A DNA stretch of 63,737 bases, filler included, from an uncultured Methanosarcinales archaeon (GTDB taxonomy: Archaea > Nanobdellota > Nanobdellia > Woesearchaeales > UBA12501): NCBI GenBank assembly GCA_964397315.1. It is 5 parts of 5 records of this genome, joined end to end, with 100 filler letters (N's around TTAATTAATTAA, not from the genome) between each part and the next. Parts side by side here need not be neighbours in the genome. Positions count along the whole stretch, not along the records: positions 29,414 to 42,458 come from CAYNHV010000031.1; 4 more parts are not named here. One strand, written 5' to 3'. Below, one piece after another: positions 31,302-40,453 of the stretch; the stretch's first letter is position 1, and every line of letters begins with the position of its first letter. A program made the position numbers and the translations under genes. The notes under the pieces were generated by a model that saw nothing but the letters and a program-made list of their open reading frames with translations, had not been told where the DNA came from and made no database searches.

Positions 31302-31493
31302 GCCTGCAGCCATTATTGGCATCATCCCCTGAGTCAGCGGATACTGGTGTTGTGATTGTGTTCCTTATCATGGGCATGATAAAGATACGCATAAAGGCCG
31401 GCTGGAAGGATTGCCTTTTTGCGGGGCGCATAATACCTGCTTTGGGAGGCCTGAAAAGACTGATCATCATATTTGTAATTTGTCGGAACTGAG

Positions 31494-32069
31494 GTGAATG
31501 AAATGAGAAAGAAATATTGCACCCACTTTGAAAGAAGCAGAGCAGATGACTTTGAAGAGATTGTTGTCTACAACGGAAAGAAGGTTATCAAGAAACTTTA
31601 TGCTACAGATTTGATTGAAGACTGGCTGAAAAGGAATAATTTTGTATGCAAAACAACCCATCTTGAAGAGGTTTCCGGAAAACGGGGAAAAAAAGAGCTG
31701 GAATTAGTTAAAGTTCTCTATACATACAGTGATGGAAGCCAAAGGGCTTATGAAGGCAGGAATCTGAAAAAATATGGGGAGTTCATGGACCGCATTGCTC
31801 CTTTGGTCTTGACCCATAAGAAAAGCTGGAAACTGCCTGACAGCCCGGCACCAAGGCTTGTCAAGGAAGAAAAAATAAGATTCACAAAAAAAGAGCTGGA
31901 AATCCTGCACAGGCTGGTTGCCGGCAGATTGACTGAAGTCAGCAAAAAAGGCAGTACAAAATACCATCAGCCAACCATGAAAAAGCACATAAAGGAAAAA
32001 GAACTGCTTGATCTGGCCTGCAGGCTGAAAAAGGCAGCGCATGAAAAAAAGAAGATTTATGCAAGGTGA
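31494..32069 (+). CDS. Hypothetical basic protein
   Basis: 191-aa ORF, GAGGTG SD nearby. Confidence 0.6.
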   Translation: MNEMRKKYCTHFERSRADDFEEIVVYNGKKVIKKLYATDLIEDWLKRNNFVCKTTHLEEVSGKRGKKELELVKVLYTYSDGSQRAYEGRNLKKYGEFMDRIAPLVLTHKKSWKLPDSPAPRLVKEEKIRFTKKELEILHRLVAGRLTEVSKKGSTKYHQPTMKKHIKEKELLDLACRLKKAAHEKKKIYAR

Positions 32070-32073
32070 CAAA

Positions 32074-32322
32074 ATGGCAGGGAAAAAATATGCATTCATC
32101 ATACCGCAGATAAAGTGCCCTTTCTGCAGGAGAACACTCCCAAAGAAATACCTGCTGCTGGAACAGCGGATAGCTGATGTAAAAAGGGAGCTTGAGGCAA
32201 GAATAATGCACCCCATAACCGAGAAACAGAAAAAGGAGAGGGAAAGGAAGCTCAAAGCAGAACTGAAAAGGCTCAGGAAGGAGAGAATAAAGTTTCTTAA
32301 GAATCTGGAGGGGGATAGATGA
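32074..32322 (+). CDS. Hypothetical coiled-coil protein with CPFC motif
   Basis: GGTGA SD before ATG 32074; coupled to the next gene. Confidence 0.55.
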   Translation: MAGKKYAFIIPQIKCPFCRRTLPKKYLLLEQRIADVKRELEARIMHPITEKQKKERERKLKAELKRLRKERIKFLKNLEGDR

Positions 32323-32732
32323 AGCTCACTCATCTTATCAGGAGAGCATGGAGTCCTGCCCAGGAGGATATCAAGGATACTCCAAGATGGCTTGTTGTCT
32401 TTGCGATGAGATTTGCCATGATCGCTTTTGCATTAGCCATATTATTGATTCCTCTTGCAGCCTACCAGGCGTATGATTACAAGCATACAAGAGTCAGGCA
32501 CGGCTCTGTCCATTGGGACGAGCATTTCATTGAGTGCAGGGACTGCTCTGAAAACAGGTGTGAAGCATTATGCAGGGAAAAATGCAGCAGGGACGAGCAT
32601 GATATTATGCGCATCTCCAGGATGAACACCACCAGCTGCGGCTGCGTATGCATAAGCATTTCCAGGGACTGTGTTTTCTGTGAGCAGGATACAGACCTCA
32701 TGGAGTTGTCAGAATGGCTGAGAGGAGAATAA
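32319..32732 (+). CDS. Cys-rich single-pass membrane protein
   Basis: TM then CRDC..CEALCREKC..CGCVC..CVFC. Confidence 0.65.
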   Translation: MKLTHLIRRAWSPAQEDIKDTPRWLVVFAMRFAMIAFALAILLIPLAAYQAYDYKHTRVRHGSVHWDEHFIECRDCSENRCEALCREKCSRDEHDIMRISRMNTTSCGCVCISISRDCVFCEQDTDLMELSEWLRGE

Positions 32733-32902
32733 ACCTGAACCGCATAACAGGCATGCTGAACAATGACGAGATTGCAGAGCTTGTTGAAAGGCTTGTCACT
32801 GATGAGCCCCGTTCCAGCAGGAGATTCAAAAAATTCCTTGAAAGAAATAAACTCAAACAACAGTAATAGTTTAACAATTAAACTTTAATTTTTTAAACAA
32901 AA

Positions 32903-33472
32903 ATGACAGCAATGTTTAACTTAATGGACAACAGGAGGAGAAAGCTTACAAAGAATGAGAAAGAGGTTATATGCTGCCTTCTGGACAATGCAAGGATGCA
33001 TGATGTTGAGATTGCCAGAAAGCTGAGGATAACAACGCAGGCAGTCGGCAAGATAAGGAAAAGGCTTGAGAAGGAGGGCATAATAGAGAGCTATTCTGCG
33101 AGGATCAATTACACCAGCGTAGGCATCAATGTTTTTGCTGTCGCAATGATTAGGGCAAGCCCCCGTGTCTGGAGCAATGGCATTGATGCTGTGAGGAAAA
33201 AGCTCGGAGAGCTTGCCAACATCGTCTATATCTGCAGGGTTGCCAGGACAGACATAAGCATAATAGCAGTGTTCGGCTTCAAAAACCTCGCAGAGCTTGA
33301 GGATTACTTCCACAACATCCAGCAGGATGACGTGATAGGGGTCACGGAGCTCTTCACATTTTCGGCAAGAAGCCTTCTGAAGCAGAATATCAACGGGCTG
33401 GTGAGGTACGGGCTCGGCAAGTGCAGGGGAGGAAAGAATCTCTCAACTGAGATGAACAACATACTTTCATAA
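32903..33472 (+). CDS. Lrp/AsnC-family transcriptional regulator
   Basis: LLDNARMHDVEIARKLRITTQAVGKIRKRLEKEGII. Confidence 0.85.
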   Translation: MTAMFNLMDNRRRKLTKNEKEVICCLLDNARMHDVEIARKLRITTQAVGKIRKRLEKEGIIESYSARINYTSVGINVFAVAMIRASPRVWSNGIDAVRKKLGELANIVYICRVARTDISIIAVFGFKNLAELEDYFHNIQQDDVIGVTELFTFSARSLLKQNINGLVRYGLGKCRGGKNLSTEMNNILS

Positions 33473-33572
33473 GTAAATCACAAGAAAACAATGGTTTAAG
33501 ATTTCAACCACAGTTTTTTATAGTTGTGGGGGAGATGACATTACCTAATAGATACACAATGTTGGGGGCAAA

Positions 33573-33836
33573 ATGAGAGTAAAAAATCCGCTTTTTATTA
33601 TTCTGGCATTTCTGATACTGGCAGGAGCGGGTTCTGCAGCAGTGGTAAATTATGTGAGTAACTCTCTTACAGCAACAGTCACAATACAAACACAATGCAA
33701 TGACGGCATTGACAATGACGGAAATGGTGATATAGACATAGATGATCCAGACTGCCATACCGGCGGGGACGCAACAAACTCATCAAGTTATGATATCTGC
33801 CGCACTGAGGACGGCACAATCACGCAATGCATATAG
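33573..33836 (+). CDS. Small secreted protein with CNDGIDNDGNGDID..C motif
   Basis: Signal peptide, AVVNYVSNSLTA, Asp-rich Ca-binding-like motif. Confidence 0.7.
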   Translation: MRVKNPLFIILAFLILAGAGSAAVVNYVSNSLTATVTIQTQCNDGIDNDGNGDIDIDDPDCHTGGDATNSSSYDICRTEDGTITQCI

Positions 33837-33892
33837 TCACCATTCAAATGGCCTGACATGATTTGAGAAAACAGGACAGGAGGGAAGCAAAA

Positions 33893-34699
33893 ATGAAAGT
33901 TAGAGGGAAAGAACTGACAAAAAAGATGGTTGTGATGTTAGCCCTGGGACTTCTGCTTGCAGGAACAGCAAGCGCAGCGCTGGTGAACTACGTGAGCAAC
34001 AGCCTGACAGCATCAGTGGATGTCAGCGCAGTAAGCCTGGAGCTTGGTTTGGCTGAGGCGGATCCGGCAGACCCGACAACATTCTCAGGCTGGGATGACG
34101 GAAGTGGAGGAGTGATACCCCTGACAGGAATCACAGCAGGGGATGACAGCGAGATAGTTACGCTGATGATATCAAACCCGACAAGCCAGGATCTGACAGC
34201 TGATGTAAACATAGCCCTGAACTACATAAACACAGAAGGAATCGACGATCCAGAGAATTGCGATGCAAACGGTATGTATGACCCTGCAGGAAGTGAGCCT
34301 TGTGCTGTCTGCGGACTTTCAAACGACGAGCTCTGCATGGACGGGCAGGAATTTGAGGTCATCGGCGTAAGGGTATGGAACGACGAGTACGACAGGTGGG
34401 GCCCTAGAGTGAACAGCAACCCCTTTGGAGATAATTGCGAGGATGCGGGAATCACCGTAGCAGGAGACTACAATGACGAGGTCTACTATGACGGAAACCA
34501 CTGCTACTGGAACTTTGCGGATGAGGTGCAGGCACAGGTCAGCGCTGGAGAGAATCCCCTGACACTGATAGGGACAAGCAACCAGAACATTCCCCCGGGA
34601 GCGCTGTACACACAGATCTTGGTAAAGTCCAAGTTTGACGGAACATCAGGACTGCAGATAGCACCAGGAGAGTACAGCCTGACCGCAAACATCCAGTAA
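33893..34699 (+). CDS. Secreted acidic protein, possible filament subunit
   Basis: Signal peptide, ALVNYVSNSLTA shared with the upstream gene, ends PGEYSLTANIQ. Confidence 0.7.
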   Translation: MKVRGKELTKKMVVMLALGLLLAGTASAALVNYVSNSLTASVDVSAVSLELGLAEADPADPTTFSGWDDGSGGVIPLTGITAGDDSEIVTLMISNPTSQDLTADVNIALNYINTEGIDDPENCDANGMYDPAGSEPCAVCGLSNDELCMDGQEFEVIGVRVWNDEYDRWGPRVNSNPFGDNCEDAGITVAGDYNDEVYYDGNHCYWNFADEVQAQVSAGENPLTLIGTSNQNIPPGALYTQILVKSKFDGTSGLQIAPGEYSLTANIQ

Positions 34700-34740
34700 A
34701 TTTTTCTTTTTTTATTTCTTTTTGATTAGAGAGGGAGAGA

Positions 34741-35778
34741 ATGAAAAGAACAATCACATACCCAATAATAATGATCCTTTTATCACTGGCAGTGCTGGCA
34801 CAGCAGGAATGCGAGGACGGCATGACCTTAAGCATTCAGGGAGGGGACTCATTCAGCTGCCATATCGCAGAATGCGAGAACCTCACAGTTGAAGTTTCAA
34901 TAACCCCTCATCAGGACGCGCTCAGCGGAGAATATGACCTTACAGGATGCACCAATATAGACCCCCTGCAGGACAACTACACAGGAGCAATAAAATATCA
35001 CTGCCCCTGCACGGATGACTATGTCTTTAATCTCACAACAGCGCAGAACAGCAACGGAACTTATCATCTAATCTTTAACCAGACCATAATAGAATACGGC
35101 CCTGAATTCACCTTAAACATGACCAACGCAACAATCCAGGAGACAGACACTTTCACGATAGAGCTTGAGGCGCAGGACAACGACACAGCCCAATCAAACC
35201 TCGCCTACTCAACAACTGCTTCGTTCGGAAGCATGACCAACAGCACATACACCTGGCAGACAGACTACGACTCTGAGGGAACATATAACATAACATTCTT
35301 TGTTTCTGACGGCAAACATGAAGATAACCAGACAGTTATTCTTAAGGTCACGCACAAGGACAAGCCGAGCCCACCTCCATCAGATGATGATGACACCAGC
35401 GGCGGAGGAGGCGGAGGCGGTTATGTCTCCACCTGCGGCGACGGCATCTGCTCAGGATATGAGAGCTGCGATAACTGCGCTGAAGACTGTGGAGAGTGTG
35501 AGGAGGAAAGCGCTGAAGAGGAAGAGACAGCAGAGGCAGAAACAGAAGAGAAAGGGGGAGAAGGCGCTGGAGAAGAGGAAACAGGTCTTGAAGGAGTGAC
35601 AGGAGGGGCTGCCGGCAATATTACTGAGGAACAAAAGAACGAAGGCCTGTCAGGAATTCTTGGAGCAGTAATCGGAGGCGGAAATAAGAGCATAATGCCT
35701 GCAATAGGCCTCGGCCTTATAATCTTCGGGCTTCTCGGCCTTGCAGGAATGTTCATCCTGTGGAGAAAGAGGAGCTAG
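34741..35778 (+). CDS. Cell-surface protein with Ig/cadherin-like domain, CGDxxC motif and C-terminal TM
   Basis: Signal peptide, GTYNITFFVSDG, CGDGICSGYESCDNCAEDC, TM plus RKR. Confidence 0.8.
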   Translation: MKRTITYPIIMILLSLAVLAQQECEDGMTLSIQGGDSFSCHIAECENLTVEVSITPHQDALSGEYDLTGCTNIDPLQDNYTGAIKYHCPCTDDYVFNLTTAQNSNGTYHLIFNQTIIEYGPEFTLNMTNATIQETDTFTIELEAQDNDTAQSNLAYSTTASFGSMTNSTYTWQTDYDSEGTYNITFFVSDGKHEDNQTVILKVTHKDKPSPPPSDDDDTSGGGGGGGYVSTCGDGICSGYESCDNCAEDCGECEEESAEEEETAEAETEEKGGEGAGEEETGLEGVTGGAAGNITEEQKNEGLSGILGAVIGGGNKSIMPAIGLGLIIFGLLGLAGMFILWRKRS

Positions 35779-35808
35779 ATTTTTTTATTCTCTTTTTTGG
35801 TGGTTATC

Positions 35809-35967
35809 ATGGCAGAAGAAAGTTTCATGCAAGGCATTAAGACAATAAAGGAGGACACCATTCTTGCCCTGCAGGCAGTAAGATATGACTTCAACAATCT
35901 CAGGAATGACATCAAGCTTGCCCTGAACCGGGAGCTGGCTGAGTTCGCGGAGACAGCAAGGCTGTAG
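35809..35967 (+). CDS. Small helical protein (paralog of 38284-38457)
   Basis: MAEESFMQGIKTIKEDTILALQAVRYDFNNLRNDIKLALNRELAEFAETARL; GGTGG SD. Confidence 0.65.
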   Translation: MAEESFMQGIKTIKEDTILALQAVRYDFNNLRNDIKLALNRELAEFAETARL

Positions 35968-35974
35968 TTTCCGG

Positions 35975-36450
35975 TTGACATATTCAGGAATATGTAATCC
36001 AGGGGACAATAACTTTATGCTTATAATCCAGATGCTTCTTATGAGAATAACTTGAGGATATTATTTCTGGCACTTCCCGCTATTTAGAGAATCTGCTTGT
36101 GCTTATGATTCCAGGTGCTCCCCCGAGGGATAATAGACCTATGCTTACAATTCATGGTACTTCCCGCCTTTGTGAAGCTGTATTCTGGTTTTAATGATTC
36201 CAGATTCCACCCTCCCTTTTTGCACAACCACCCAGCAGGCCTCCTGCTTCTGCAACAGCACAACTCCCTGCTCCTGCCTCCAATAAGCCCACCCCTTATT
36301 TGCTTAAAGTGCTCTGTGGAGTTGGTGCTCTGAGCATGTGTGAGGGGGATGGAGGGAGGGACTTATCCATCTGTAAGTGCGACCGGGGCGGTGGAGAACT
36401 CAGGAGGAATTCGCCATTATAAAACATTGTTCTTGAATTCTAAGAATGAT
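35975..36450 (+). repeat. Dispersed non-coding element, copy C (longest ~42-nt array, 5 units)
   Basis: Core at 36274-36328; units at 36018, ~36056, 36100, 36142, ~36187. Confidence 0.85.
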
Positions 36451-36545
36451 GAAAGGTTGCGGCAAAGAGCCGGTGCAGCGATAATCCCCTCTGGAGATTA
36501 CAAGCCTTACAAAGAACCCTGCTTTGTTTAGGCTAAACAGCTTTC

Positions 36546-37556
36546 TCACCCTTCAAAAACCGTTATCTCGTTCCTTGAACCCAGCCGCATGTAAGGCCCC
36601 CAAGTGCCTGTGCCAGGAGAGACATAGAGTTTCATCCTGCCTATCCTGTACATTCCCCTTATCCTGGGAAAGAAAAGCTTGACAATCAGATTGAACGGAA
36701 ATATCTGGCCGTTATGGGTGTGGCCTGACAGCTGGAGCCTGAAGCCCGCCCTTTCCGCCTGCTTCATGCCTGAGGGGGCGTGCCTCAGAAGCACTGCATG
36801 GCCTGAACCCCCTCTCTTGAGCCTCTTTTTGAAGCCGACACCTGTGAACTGCACTCCCTTTATCCTTTTAGAGGTGTTGTCAAGTATTGTAACATTCTTC
36901 AGCATCTTCCTGACTTTCTCCTCTCCCTCGTAAACCTCATGGTTTCCTGTCACGAACAGCACAGGGGCATTAAGCTTCTTCAGCGGCTCAAACATGCCCT
37001 CTTTCAGTGGCGCTGTGCCGTCAACAAGATCCCCTGTTATTGCCACAACATCAGGCTTCAGGGAGTTGGTAATGTCCGCCACCTTCCTCAGGTAGCATGA
37101 GTTCCTCACAGTTCCGAAGTGGATGTCAGACAGCTGGACAATCCTCAGGGGAAGGCCTGTCCTCACCCGCCTCACCCTTATCCTTGAGGCATTGAACACT
37201 GAGTATGCTGTCAGGCCTGCTGTTATGGTGATTATTGCAATGCCTGCAGTGAACGCGGGTATTGCCGCAAATATTCTCAGCAGGTTGTAGATGCCGAACA
37301 GCACAGCGAGGAACAGCAGCACCCCCATCCACAACGCGGTTATTGTGTAGAGAACCCTTGTTGCAATGTTCGGGAATGACCTCTCAATGACTGTTGCAAA
37401 AGGGAATGCGAGAGTGAAGAACGCAGTGAGGATTAGAGTAAGAATTCCATCCATTTCAACAAGATTCAGGATTGAGGACAGCACGAAATAATTAAGAGCA
37501 GCGTATGCTGCCATGAACACCCCCAGAAAGACTGCCATTGAGATGGTTCTTCTCAT
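36546..37556 (-). CDS. Membrane-bound metallophosphoesterase (YkuE-like)
   Basis: SDIH, TGDLVD, GNHE, GHTHNGQ motifs after 4 TM helices; start 37556 or 37574. Confidence 0.9.
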   Translation of the reverse strand: MRRTISMAVFLGVFMAAYAALNYFVLSSILNLVEMDGILTLILTAFFTLAFPFATVIERSFPNIATRVLYTITALWMGVLLFLAVLFGIYNLLRIFAAIPAFTAGIAIITITAGLTAYSVFNASRIRVRRVRTGLPLRIVQLSDIHFGTVRNSCYLRKVADITNSLKPDVVAITGDLVDGTAPLKEGMFEPLKKLNAPVLFVTGNHEVYEGEEKVRKMLKNVTILDNTSKRIKGVQFTGVGFKKRLKRGGSGHAVLLRHAPSGMKQAERAGFRLQLSGHTHNGQIFPFNLIVKLFFPRIRGMYRIGRMKLYVSPGTGTWGPYMRLGSRNEITVFEG

Positions 37557-37710
37557 TCTGAAGAGAGTCTGCATATTATTATAAAAATATTCTGCCTCCA
37601 TCCATTCGCTGGCAGATCTCTGCTGCGCAGGAAAACCTTTTAAACCACCTTTGGTATAGGCATAAAAAAGAGGTTCTAAAGGCGCGCGGAGATATGCTAG
37701 GTGCGGGACT

Positions 37711-38271
37711 ATGGGCATTATAGAATATGACGGAAGGCCGGTGATGGCTGACATAAACAAGGAAGAGGGATGCATTGACATAAAGGTCATGCAGGCTCCT
37801 GGAGACTGCCCGAATACTTACAGCACTGACGAGATGAGCTCCTGCCTGGGCGATTGCGGGGGAATATACGCTCTCCTTAGCTCCAACATCATCTCCCCTG
37901 ATCTGAAGCTGGAGAAGATCCTCATTAAGCATGTTTTTGAGCCTGTCAGTGGGGGCATGGATAAAACAGGCTTTAGTTATGATGAGGCTTTCAGACTGTG
38001 CAAGAGCACCTTGTCTAAAAAATTCGACGAACTTCCCTCTCATGATGTTGAGATAACCCACAAAGGAGTTTATGTGGGGCATTACATGCCCTGCGCTCTT
38101 GCCGAGCCCATGGACGTTGCTAATGATAAAAGAGCAGCGCCTCTCATGTTCTTTATCATAAATAACTTTGCGGACATACTTCAGAGCAGCGGAATAATCA
38201 TCAGCGGAGAATACATATTCAAGAAAGGGGACAGCTTCATTATCGGGGGGTCATATTTACCCCTTCAGTGA
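37711..38271 (+). CDS. Hypothetical protein
   Basis: 186-aa ORF with ATG start, no recognisable motif. Confidence 0.5.
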   Translation: MGIIEYDGRPVMADINKEEGCIDIKVMQAPGDCPNTYSTDEMSSCLGDCGGIYALLSSNIISPDLKLEKILIKHVFEPVSGGMDKTGFSYDEAFRLCKSTLSKKFDELPSHDVEITHKGVYVGHYMPCALAEPMDVANDKRAAPLMFFIINNFADILQSSGIIISGEYIFKKGDSFIIGGSYLPLQ

Positions 38272-38283
38272 ATCCTTCTGTTC

Positions 38284-38457
38284 TTACAAGTTCATGACAG
38301 GGAATGCAAAGTGGGCCTTCTCAGCGAACTCTCTTGCCTGCCTGTCCACGAGAAGATGGATGTCGCTTCTTAGGTCATGAAAGTCTCTCGCGATCATGCC
38401 TGCAGCCAGGCGGATGTCTTCTGCCATGCTCTTTAAATCATCTTTTGTCAGGCCCAT
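38284..38457 (-). CDS. Small helical protein (paralog of 35809-35967)
   Basis: MGLTKDDLKSMAEDIRLAAGMIARDFHDLRSDIHLLVDRQAREFAEKAHFAFPVMNL; AGGTGA SD. Confidence 0.65.
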   Translation of the reverse strand: MGLTKDDLKSMAEDIRLAAGMIARDFHDLRSDIHLLVDRQAREFAEKAHFAFPVMNL

Positions 38458-38490
38458 TGTGTCACCTTCTGAAGCAATAAAAACAAAAAA

Positions 38491-40077
38491 TCATCTTTTG
38501 AATATTCCAATGCTGTATCTGGTCTTCTCGTCAACCAGCCCTGCTATCAGGATGCTGAGCAGTATGACAGCTGCAGTCCAGAATGCAATGCCTATTGTCT
38601 CTCCAAGGCCTGTTGAGTCTCCTGGGCCGGCTGCTGCTCCTGTTACTTCAGGCAGACCTTCTCCGGTGTTGTTCTTGCCTGCAGTAGGTGCAGGCACTGT
38701 CTCGCTGGTTTTTTCTCCTGCCTGTTCTTTCTCTTCAGCGCACTGGCCGCAATCTTGAGGGCAGTTGCTGCAGGTTTCCTCTCCAAGGCAGATGTTGTCT
38801 CCGCAGGTTGAGGTGTAAGTGCTGCCATGATCATCCTCATATTCCTCGCCTGCGTTATCTTCTGTTTCATCATCATCCTGGCTTTCATCCTCATAATCAA
38901 GCTCTACTCTTATCTCGCTGCTTGAGCTGTCCTGCCCGTCATGCGCTGTTACCCTTATCCTGTATTCACCATCTGACAGGGCGAGGCGGTCAGGGAAAAA
39001 TCCCTCTATAATGCCGTCATTATCCTCATTCTCTGCAACAGTAATCCACTCATCCCCTCCTGGGCTGTAGCTTACGCTGATTGAGATACCATCATCTTCA
39101 GGATCTTCTGCCTTCCACTCAAGATCCTTCTTGTCAGTTATGATCTCTCCATCCTCTGGATTCTCTATCTCAACAGACGGCGCCTCATTGGTGTTGTCAA
39201 CACTTATTGCTATCCTGTCCTGGCCTGTAAGCCCTTCCTCATCCTCTGCTGTCAGCCTGAGGAAATACCTGCCGTCATCTATCCTGCTGGTGTTGAACAT
39301 CACGCTTCCCTGCTGATCTGAGGTCTCCAGAATCTCTGTCCATGAGCTCTTGTCAGGGCTGTACTCAAGCACAGCGCTCCTGAAGTCACTATCAGGATCG
39401 TCTATCTCCCATGCTATCTCTGTCATGCCTGAAACGCTCTCATCATCAGAAGGCATTGTTATCGTGACATCAGGTTCTGAAGGCTCAGGGTATGCTTCTG
39501 TTGAGTATTCTGCCTCCATGTCGGGTATGTTCTTGAGCTTGCTGCCGTTTACTGTAGCTTTTATTGTCTCGCCTCGCTTGAGGTCAGCCTCAAACCTTGC
39601 TTTTCCGTTGCTGTCAGTGAAGACCTGCTTTCCATTGACATGCACTCCGATACATGGCCTGGGCTTGCCTGTTTTTGAGGTTACTGTGGCAACAAGCTTT
39701 CCGCCGTCATAATCAAGCTCAAGATTAGATGGAGCTCCGTTGAAGTCAGGCATTGGGTATCCTGTGGCAGTCTGGAAAGCCTCTTCAATGCCTGGTATAT
39801 CAGCAGCTGAGAGAGAGCCGTCTCCGTCAACATCCCACAATTGCTTGTGGTATTCAGCAGGGCATATTGATGTGTTAAGCCCCTCAAGTTCAAGAGAATC
39901 TCCTGTAATAGCCCCCTCTATCTCGCCCCTGTTGGTCATGTCATCAGCTGCAAGATGGCAGTCTCCGTTTGTGTCAAGCCAATAGCAGGTATCCTCCACA
40001 GCAATAGCTGCGGGAATCATCATAAAGAATGCTGTAAGCATTATTAATATTGCTTTTGCCCTCATTTTATCACCCAA
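38491..40077 (-). CDS. Cell-surface protein with dockerin-like N-terminus, Ig-like domains, CGDxxC motif and C-terminal TM
   Basis: DTNGDCHLAADD and DVDGDGSLSAAD repeats, CGDNICLGEETCSNCPQDC, TM anchor. Confidence 0.8.
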   Translation of the reverse strand: MGDKMRAKAILIMLTAFFMMIPAAIAVEDTCYWLDTNGDCHLAADDMTNRGEIEGAITGDSLELEGLNTSICPAEYHKQLWDVDGDGSLSAADIPGIEEAFQTATGYPMPDFNGAPSNLELDYDGGKLVATVTSKTGKPRPCIGVHVNGKQVFTDSNGKARFEADLKRGETIKATVNGSKLKNIPDMEAEYSTEAYPEPSEPDVTITMPSDDESVSGMTEIAWEIDDPDSDFRSAVLEYSPDKSSWTEILETSDQQGSVMFNTSRIDDGRYFLRLTAEDEEGLTGQDRIAISVDNTNEAPSVEIENPEDGEIITDKKDLEWKAEDPEDDGISISVSYSPGGDEWITVAENEDNDGIIEGFFPDRLALSDGEYRIRVTAHDGQDSSSSEIRVELDYEDESQDDDETEDNAGEEYEDDHGSTYTSTCGDNICLGEETCSNCPQDCGQCAEEKEQAGEKTSETVPAPTAGKNNTGEGLPEVTGAAAGPGDSTGLGETIGIAFWTAAVILLSILIAGLVDEKTRYSIGIFKR

Positions 40078-40275
40078 ATACCACTGTTTAGTGAGTAAAC
40101 CAGTGGTGATATATAAATCTTTCGGTTATTAGCTACTCTTTAGTGGTTATACGGTCAGGGGTTGTGAAACCTTTATAAAGAGAGCTTCACTCCAGCTTCT
40201 GAAGAGCTTAAGCCAGTCTTTTGGAATACACTTGCGTTTTTGCTGTTTCCGGAGGCAGGAGAGCAGGAGGGAACA

Positions 40276-40407
40276 ATGACTGAATATAACATTGTAAAGT
40301 ACTGCAGGCTGTGCAGGAAGAGATATGTTGTTGGAAAGGCAGACGCAAGAAAGAACTACTGTGACAAGTGCAAGGCAAGAATAGACGCAGGAGAGGTTGA
40401 GGACTGA
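40276..40407 (+). CDS. Small Zn-finger protein
   Basis: MTEYNIVKYCRLC..YCDKC; GGAGG SD. Confidence 0.65.
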   Translation: MTEYNIVKYCRLCRKRYVVGKADARKNYCDKCKARIDAGEVED

Positions 40408-40453
40408 GGCAGAGACCGCATGATTTATAAACATAATCCAATAATTGCATGTA

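Noticed and set aside
30322..32732. Provirus call
   Set aside because: No recognisable capsid, terminase, packaging ATPase or integrase, and no att pair seen
36018..36215. Canonical CRISPR array
   Set aside because: Units too degenerate, variable parts only ~15-20 nt and no cas genes; kept as a non-CRISPR array finding
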